This document shows, piece after piece, positions 25,267-30,742 of a stretch of DNA of 30,742 bases. The DNA comes from a virus (Duplodnaviria > Caudoviricetes), in IMG/VR virus record IMGVR_UViG_3300032231_000015, positions 1-30,742 of that record; one strand, written 5' to 3'. The translations under genes and the position numbers were made by a program. The number at the start of each line of letters is the position of its first letter. The first letter of the stretch is position 1. The notes below the pieces were generated by a model, which did no database searches, was not told the DNA's origin, and worked only from the letters and a program-made list of their open reading frames with translations.

Positions 25267-26054
25267 TCATTCTCCGGCACCACAGATGCTAGTGCTTCTT
25301 CAATAATAGGTGCTTGTCGTTTGATTCGTTCCCTGTGTCCTTCGATGAGTTGTCCATCACGCCCACCCTCAAACCACCATACGACCTCTTCGATCCCCGC
25401 CCAAGCGAGCGATGACCAGACATCGGATATAGTCTCGTCAGTCATCTCGGCGTAGTCGTTGTCCTTGTGGCGAATGACGGGCTGGATGAACGGGATCACC
25501 GGGACGGATGGATCACACCAGTTGCAGACATTCTTGATCTGGAGGATGCGGTGGAGGTTATTGATCCCGTTCTTGTCATTGATATTGTACGGCTGATAGA
25601 ACTGTGGCCCGAACCATCCCATCGGCGTTTGACGGTGGGTGTATCGGAACCCAAAGAGTGCGGTCTGCGTGGTGTGGGCGTGCCACCATCGGTTGTAGGG
25701 GAATCCGTAGACGCTGACCTTACGATCCGAGGGGATGCCAAGTTTGGTTGCGTTCAGTGCGTGGATGGTTGCACTGGCAATGTCGCTGTCAAACTCCTTG
25801 GGGTGGTTGTACTCTGGCGGCTCGTAATCGGCGTAGACCAAATCACCCTTTGTCGATTTCGCTGCGATAGCGGGAAGACCCCTGGATAATCGGAGGTCGA
25901 GGTCTGCGGGGTCTTTGCCGAGTGTGAGCTGATAGGCACGGCGTGAGTCGAGTTTGATACCCGCATCATGGAGGAGGTCGCGTGCGTCCTGCTCGCGTTC
26001 GGACGGGCCGGTATATGCGAGGATGATTTTCACGGGTAATCTTCTCCCGGCCAC
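25263..26054 (-). CDS. putative TIM-barrel glycoside hydrolase-like protein
   Basis: VYADYEP, VYGFP, FGPQFY, PVIPFI and GIEEVVWW resemble (beta/alpha)8 GH strands; family not assignable by eye. Confidence 0.45.
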   Translation of the reverse strand: MAGRRLPVKIILAYTGPSEREQDARDLLHDAGIKLDSRRAYQLTLGKDPADLDLRLSRGLPAIAAKSTKGDLVYADYEPPEYNHPKEFDSDIASATIHALNATKLGIPSDRKVSVYGFPYNRWWHAHTTQTALFGFRYTHRQTPMGWFGPQFYQPYNINDKNGINNLHRILQIKNVCNWCDPSVPVIPFIQPVIRHKDNDYAEMTDETISDVWSSLAWAGIEEVVWWFEGGRDGQLIEGHRERIKRQAPIIEEALASVVPENE

Positions 26055-26374
26055 GGCGCAACGCGGTTAATCGCGTCTTTGAGTTCCCTGACATCGCCCT
26101 CCACATTGTCAAGCCGCCCACTCATTTTGGCACCATCGAGCTCGAGATTATGAATCGTTTTTGCCATACCGCTTTGGTTTAAGAGCATGGTGTCCATCTT
26201 GTGAATCAGCAAACCGTTGTCCCTTTCTTGAGGAAACACCCCCGGTATAAACCGGATGCCGAGCAACACCATCGCTCCAACAAGTACCGCAGAGACGGGG
26301 GCGGCGACCACTGTCTTCCCCGATAGGTGGATAACTCTTTCTTTGGAAGCGTCTATGGCTTCTTGCGGGCTCAT
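26030..26374 (-). CDS. single-pass membrane protein with C-terminal coiled coil (holin/spanin-like)
   Basis: TM segment VVAAPVSAVLVGAMVLLGIRFI; heptads LDNVEGDVRELKDAI. Confidence 0.6.
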   Translation of the reverse strand: MSPQEAIDASKERVIHLSGKTVVAAPVSAVLVGAMVLLGIRFIPGVFPQERDNGLLIHKMDTMLLNQSGMAKTIHNLELDGAKMSGRLDNVEGDVRELKDAINRVAPWPGEDYP

Positions 26375-26688
26375 GCTTCACCACACGCATCGTATGAATC
26401 ACAGTATGATTCTCTGGCATTGATCTTGCACTGCTTCTTGAGTTGCGGATCGGTGATTGCCTCGCAGATTACAAGTGCCTGAGCGTAGAAGAACTCGGCA
26501 GTCCAGTAGCAGGTGAGGTTTGTTGCCCCTTGTGGTCGTGCCTTGAACAGTGTGTGGTTCGAGATCACCACCGAGGATAAACTGGCGGCCCAGTTGGTGT
26601 GTGTTTGGTCGAGTAGTTTGGCGTGTTCTTTTGGGTCGGTTTTTTCGAGGACATCCAGGGCTTGCTCAATACATTCTTGCTGTGTCAT
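26371..26688 (-). CDS. hypothetical Cys-containing helical protein
   Basis: GGAG RBS; stop coupled to the next gene. Confidence 0.7.
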   Translation of the reverse strand: MTQQECIEQALDVLEKTDPKEHAKLLDQTHTNWAASLSSVVISNHTLFKARPQGATNLTCYWTAEFFYAQALVICEAITDPQLKKQCKINARESYCDSYDACGEA

Positions 26689-26770
26689 TCCATGCTCCAA
26701 TCAAAGGAATAAAAACCGGAATAAAACACATGCCTCTATCGACACGGAATCGCCGGTGTGCTAATCAAAT

Positions 26771-26800
26771 CAGCCCCGTCCGGTTTCGCGGAAGGGGCTG
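26771..26800 (-). terminator. GC hairpin after the lipoprotein gene
   Basis: CAGCCCC/GGGGCTG stem with a GAAA-containing loop and weak U-tail. Confidence 0.5.
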
Positions 26801-26804
26801 GGGG

Positions 26805-27446
26805 TTAGTGTGAATCTCGGATCGCCTTGATGATCCGCATGGTTTCTGGTGTCATTGAGGAACGCATCGCGGCCCCGCCCGCATTCGAGAACGCCGCTTC
26901 GAGTTCAGGGCTTGCGGCTTTCGCAGCCTCGATACTGGTGACAATATCAGCGGTGATTGATTTGGCCTTGTTCTGCCCCCGCTTGAACCACACCCCGGCG
27001 AGCGCACCGATGAGCGCGACTAGACCGCCAGCCGAGCCGGTTACGCTGGTGATGCTCGATACAAAGTTGTTGAACTTGGAGTCTTGAGCGTCGGCTTTGA
27101 GCCGGAGCGTTTCGGCGCGGGCCAGTTCACCCTCGGCCCATGCGGGGAGTTGACTTGCAAGGATTTCTGCTGACTCGCGGACGCTGTTACCCACCGCAAT
27201 CAACGCCTCAAATCGGCCCTTCCATTCGTCCGGCATGACCCCCGCAAGAAACTGAGCGAGTTGCCCGTCCTCGATTGACCCGGCTGGGTAGCGGTCAAGC
27301 ACCGCCTGGATTCGGTCGGCAGTGTCAACGGCAATGGAAGCCGCATCTTCGTGCTTCTCGGCTTGGCTGGTGAGTTGAGCGGACGAGCAGCCCCCGACCG
27401 TTGAGAGGGTCAGCAGGGCGATGAGGGCGATGATGATTGATCGCAT
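26805..27446 (-). CDS. lipoprotein with C-proximal TM helix (candidate unimolecular spanin)
   Basis: signal peptide with lipobox VGG-C; helical body; hydrophobic GGLVALIGALAGVWF followed by KR. Confidence 0.65.
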   Translation of the reverse strand: MRSIIIALIALLTLSTVGGCSSAQLTSQAEKHEDAASIAVDTADRIQAVLDRYPAGSIEDGQLAQFLAGVMPDEWKGRFEALIAVGNSVRESAEILASQLPAWAEGELARAETLRLKADAQDSKFNNFVSSITSVTGSAGGLVALIGALAGVWFKRGQNKAKSITADIVTSIEAAKAASPELEAAFSNAGGAAMRSSMTPETMRIIKAIRDSH

Positions 27447-27478
27447 GGCGTGGCTCCACAGGCGGTAGTGCCTATAGA

Positions 27479-27487
27479 ATCATACCA
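27479..27487 (-). promoter_or_regulatory. extended -10 element TGGTATGAT at the head of the late operon
   Basis: TGnTATGAT in the gap between rusA and the first late gene. Confidence 0.45.
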
Positions 27488-27504
27488 TGTTCGATCCGGT
27501 TGTG

Positions 27505-27975
27505 TTACATTCTGACCGCCGCGATTGCGGGTGCCACCTCGAATGTCTCTGTTTCGTCGATCTCTTCGGGGGTTGCGAGCCGGGCGTAGAGGACTACGAA
27601 CCCCCCCTTGATGGGCTTACGCATGCGGGTTGAACATCGGACGATCTGGCTATCGTCGTTCCATACCCCTGATTTGGTGAGCGCGTCGAATAGCCCTTTT
27701 GTGAAGTTGTCGATGTCCGATCCCCGCCGGCGGGGATGCAGGTGGATTTCGAGCGAGACCTTGCGGTCGTTGAATAGATCACCGATGGATTGTTTGTAAA
27801 CCGTTGATGCTACGGCGGTTATGTATTCCCGCCCGGCTTCGCTGATGATCTGGGCGGGGTACGCCTTTGGCCCCTTGCCGCGCACGATTGATCGCCAGTA
27901 GCCGTTTACGGATGGGGGAAAGGGCAGGATGATTTGCAGGGTTTCGCCCGCGTCGATGGTTTCTCGGGGGGTCAT
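27505..27975 (-). CDS. rusA: RusA-family Holliday junction resolvase
   Basis: LPFPPSVNGYWR, DIDNFTKGLFDAL, DDSQI motifs. Confidence 0.92.
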   Translation of the reverse strand: MTPRETIDAGETLQIILPFPPSVNGYWRSIVRGKGPKAYPAQIISEAGREYITAVASTVYKQSIGDLFNDRKVSLEIHLHPRRRGSDIDNFTKGLFDALTKSGVWNDDSQIVRCSTRMRKPIKGGFVVLYARLATPEEIDETETFEVAPAIAAVRM

Positions 27976-28214
27976 GCGCACCACCTATCGAAATCAATCT
28001 CGCCGGTCTGGAGTGCCTTGGCTGCCCACGCGGTTGCCTCTCCGAAATCACCTGATGCGATTTCGTGCAAGACCTGCTTTCGAATATCATCCTCCAACGA
28101 ATGCGCCCGCTCGTCGTCTGATTTGATCGCATCCAACTCTGACAACTTCCGTTCAATCCAGCAATCGAATGGTTCCATTAGTGGCTGTGGTGGTCTTCGC
28201 CTTGGTTGTTCCAT
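27972..28214 (-). CDS. hypothetical phage protein (DDERAHSLED...RWCA)
   Basis: coupled to rusA; recognisable small phage protein pattern. Confidence 0.7.
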   Translation of the reverse strand: MEQPRRRPPQPLMEPFDCWIERKLSELDAIKSDDERAHSLEDDIRKQVLHEIASGDFGEATAWAAKALQTGEIDFDRWCA

Positions 28215-28219
28215 ATCTA

Positions 28220-28768
28220 TCACCCTTCTACTTCCGTTGTATTCAGCCGGTCGCCGCCGCTCCATGCATACGCCCCACCGGTCAAGAACCGGTAAGTCTT
28301 GTGTTCTGCATGCGTTGAGACGCGAAACTCAACGCCGGTCAACCCGTATTTTTCAAGATTAATACTGCCTTCTACTGACTCCCGAATCGCATCACACCCA
28401 CACGATTCCGATTTGTTTTCACTGACATATTTTGCAACGGCACCGCTGACTTCGGATTCAATAGTGTCCTGTGCGTCATGCAGCTTGTTATACAAACTCA
28501 TTATATCGCTGATTTCGTACCACAAAAACCCGGCAATAGTCATCGTCGTTTTGTCCATCGTAGTGATTGTGACAGGGGGAACAATCACAGACCTGCGACG
28601 AACCGATTGTTTATAGTACCGATCCCAGAACGGGATTCGCAGGTGGCACCCTGGCCCCATCTCGCGCATGTTCTTTCCACCACGAACCCGAACCGCACGC
28701 TCCCAAGGCGTAACGATGATGAGCCATGTAAACAGATTCTTGATAAGCTCGATGATTGTTTTAAGCAT
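28220..28768 (-). CDS. SPFH/band-7 domain protein (short)
   Basis: IVTPWERAVRVRGGK...GPGCHLRIPF, ITTMDK, YEISD, KYGL motifs. Confidence 0.85.
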   Translation of the reverse strand: MLKTIIELIKNLFTWLIIVTPWERAVRVRGGKNMREMGPGCHLRIPFWDRYYKQSVRRRSVIVPPVTITTMDKTTMTIAGFLWYEISDIMSLYNKLHDAQDTIESEVSGAVAKYVSENKSESCGCDAIRESVEGSINLEKYGLTGVEFRVSTHAEHKTYRFLTGGAYAWSGGDRLNTTEVEG

Positions 28769-28982
28769 TCACTTCTCCACACTCAACACACACACCCTCA
28801 TCGTACGCCGCCGCGTGCGTTGCCCGATCTGGGCTTGTGATCGCCCCGCAGTTCTGGCACTGCCGAGCGTCGCGTGGTTTGGTTGCAAGCCGACGCATTC
28901 GGTGCGTGTCGGCTATGAGGACGACCGCAATAGCGAGTACGAACAGGACGAGGCCGATCGCTATGTGGAGTTCAGGGGTCAT
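28761..28982 (-). CDS. small membrane-anchored Zn-finger protein
   Basis: N-terminal TM helix; CQNC...CVEC; ATGA coupling. Confidence 0.7.
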   Translation of the reverse strand: MTPELHIAIGLVLFVLAIAVVLIADTHRMRRLATKPRDARQCQNCGAITSPDRATHAAAYDEGVCVECGEVNA

Positions 28983-29398
28983 ACTTGTGGTCTTTCAATT
29001 TCAGAATATGAAGGAACATGCGGAAGTGAAAGAAGGTCATTCTTGATCTTGTGAAAGTTGTTTGTCCACCATGAATCAAAATCGAACGAGCCGAGGTATT
29101 CCAGAACAATTGCTTTCGATCTTTCACGGATAGTTTTTTTGAGTCGCCACCGATACCAGGGAATCTTGCTCACTATTTTACCACACCGCCTCTCGAATCG
29201 ATGGATAACTCTAGTTCGACGGTTGTATTTTATCATCTCCGCGCTTTCCCTTTCAGACCATATACGATTCCCCCGCGCCCGCCACTGACTCCCAGTGTAA
29301 TCTCGAACAAGGTACACCCTATGTGTATACCCATACTCTGTAATGTCGATTATGTGAGGCTCATAATCTGGTGCGGTTATGTGGAGTTCAGGGGTCAT
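28979..29398 (-). CDS. hypothetical basic, aromatic-rich protein
   Basis: ATGA coupling at both ends; lower GC than its neighbours. Confidence 0.7.
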   Translation of the reverse strand: MTPELHITAPDYEPHIIDITEYGYTHRVYLVRDYTGSQWRARGNRIWSERESAEMIKYNRRTRVIHRFERRCGKIVSKIPWYRWRLKKTIRERSKAIVLEYLGSFDFDSWWTNNFHKIKNDLLSLPHVPSYSEIERPQV

Positions 29399-29745
29399 TT
29401 GGAACGCTCCATTTCTGCACGGATCGCGGCGGGGAGGGAATGATTGTAGACGGCTGCAAGCCAGTTGTAGAACATTTGATTGTTTGGTACACCTATTGAT
29501 ATAACGCCTTTCAACCTCCCCCGCAACCAGTCCTCGGCGTGGCCTTTGAGGATGTCGAGGGCATGTTGATCTTCAATGTGTGAGGCCCCTCTCCCGTCAT
29601 GTGAAAATAGCCAATCAGTATCGTGTTCATCAAGATGGTGTCTCGGGTTCGGTCGAATGCAGTCGGCCCACCACTCCGCCTTCCCCTCGTCGCTAAGGTT
29701 CCAGAGTTCGGCGATCTGCGCGGCGGTGTCTTTGGTGTCAGTCAT
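29395..29745 (-). CDS. hypothetical protein
   Basis: AGGAG RBS before ATG at 29745. Confidence 0.75.
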   Translation of the reverse strand: MTDTKDTAAQIAELWNLSDEGKAEWWADCIRPNPRHHLDEHDTDWLFSHDGRGASHIEDQHALDILKGHAEDWLRGRLKGVISIGVPNNQMFYNWLAAVYNHSLPAAIRAEMERSK

Positions 29746-29770
29746 TGGGTTTCTCCTGTTGGTGAAATAC

Positions 29771-29796
29771 AAACCCCCCGCTTTCGCGGAGGGGGT
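29771..29796 (-). terminator. hairpin with GAAA loop and T-rich tail after the SSB gene
   Basis: CCCCCTCCGC-GAAA-GCGGGGGG-TTTGTATTT on the minus strand. Confidence 0.6.
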
Positions 29797-29803
29797 GTTG
29801 TGG

Positions 29804-30244
29804 CTAGAACGGAATGTCGTCTGCGGTCAGCGTCGGCGGGTTCTGTTGCTGCCCTTGCTGCACCGACCCACCCGATACGCCCTGCGTATTCGTGCCGCTC
29901 GCAGCGAACGCACCAATCTTGTTCTGGTCTCCATACTGAGCCGACGACTCAATCGAAAGATCGACCTCGATTGCCTTGCCCTGAAAGTTGCCTGCCTCAA
30001 AACCGGACGATTCAAACTCGGCGAGTTGACCGAGAGCGATAGCCAGCTTCTTGTACTTCCAAAGATTCTGAGGGTGGAAGTAGTCTTTGATGACCATCTC
30101 TTTCCTCGGCGTGTAGACGCGGAACGCGATCGTTTCCATCGGCGCGCCCTTCTTTGTCTGCCCCATCGAAACGGATTCGATGATCGCTGGATACCAGCCC
30201 TCGCGGGCTACTGTGATTGCGTCGTTTGGGTTATACCATCCCAT
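29804..30244 (-). CDS. DUF669-like single-stranded DNA-binding protein
   Basis: EGWYPAII...TKKG.PM, Q/G-rich linker and acidic DDIPF C-terminus; follows the AAA ATPase. Confidence 0.8.
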   Translation of the reverse strand: MGWYNPNDAITVAREGWYPAIIESVSMGQTKKGAPMETIAFRVYTPRKEMVIKDYFHPQNLWKYKKLAIALGQLAEFESSGFEAGNFQGKAIEVDLSIESSAQYGDQNKIGAFAASGTNTQGVSGGSVQQGQQQNPPTLTADDIPF

Positions 30245-30742
30245 TATGAAACCTTCGCTTTCTTCGCATTGATCTGCGATTTGAGATACTCAACAAACTT
30301 GGTTGCTTTTTCTTCGGAGACTTCCGTGAAGTCTGCGGCCTTCTCTTTGGCGAGCCATTTGTCTACTGCCTCGGAACTCACACCCGAGTCAGGCAGCAAC
30401 GCCTTGATCGTTGCCACTTGATCCTCAGACGCGAGAGCGACCGCGACTGCTTGGCGTTCCAGAATATCACGCCCGTATCGGTCAGCGATTTCTTGATACG
30501 AGAACGGGAACACTTCGGACTCAGGGAACTGGCCCGGCCCGCCCATGCGGGTTTTCTTCACGATGCCAACGCGAGCCTCGCCGCGCTTGTCGATCTCAAA
30601 CGCGAAATCGAACATATGATCCATACCCTTCGGCCCGTCGAATGTCTTGCCTGTGATCGCCATTGCATCCCCGTACAGGTTCTTCGCGTGCGATGTGATG
30701 ATGACATTCATATCCAGGCGAAAGACGAGGTTGGCAAGATGC
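30244..30742 (-). CDS. AAA_24/Sak4-like ATPase (recombination), N-terminus outside the window
   Basis: MNVIITSHAK, DHMFDF, VKKTR motifs; paired with the SSB gene. Confidence 0.7.
   Translation of the reverse strand, partial: HLANLVFRLDMNVIITSHAKNLYGDAMAITGKTFDGPKGMDHMFDFAFEIDKRGEARVGIVKKTRMGGPGQFPESEVFPFSYQEIADRYGRDILERQAVAVALASEDQVATIKALLPDSGVSSEAVDKWLAKEKAADFTEVSEEKATKFVEYLKSQINAKKAKVS

Noticed and set aside
1-30742. Host assignment and lifestyle (temperate vs lytic)
   Set aside because: No integrase, repressor, att site or host genes are in the window, so neither can be supported from this sequence alone.

Overview
The window holds most of the genome of a tailed dsDNA phage (Caudoviricetes, siphovirus-like), cut at both ends inside early genes. 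Every credible protein gene is on the minus strand, and many are coupled by ATGA or TGATG overlaps. Reading from right to left: AAA_24/Sak4-like ATPase, DUF669-type SSB, small hypotheticals, an SPFH protein and RusA; then a late operon (lipoprotein, membrane protein, GH-like protein, SGNH hydrolase, TerS, TerL, portal-MuF fusion, prohead protease, HK97-fold capsid, head-tail joining proteins, tail tube, short tape measure, tail-tip proteins); then a 3-gene unit with its own promoter; an ~870-bp non-coding control region; HTH, replication initiator, DnaC-like loader, Imm5-like protein, entericidin-like lipoprotein, C5 DNA methyltransferase and more small early genes. I see no integrase, repressor, tRNA, CRISPR array or reverse transcriptase. 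Four observations stand out. (1) A 360-bp non-coding array of about 7 different iteron-like repeat clusters is bracketed by identical DnaA-box-like 13-mers, and may be a decoy or multi-initiator origin library. (2) Directly after it lies a plus-strand small RNA with a consensus promoter, a terminator and an exposed anti-RBS bulge. (3) The methyltransferase gene is dual-coding over almost its whole length, with motif IX in the second frame. (4) The tail tube protein appears to have one tube domain nested inside another. Functional calls come from motif recognition by eye, not from database searches.
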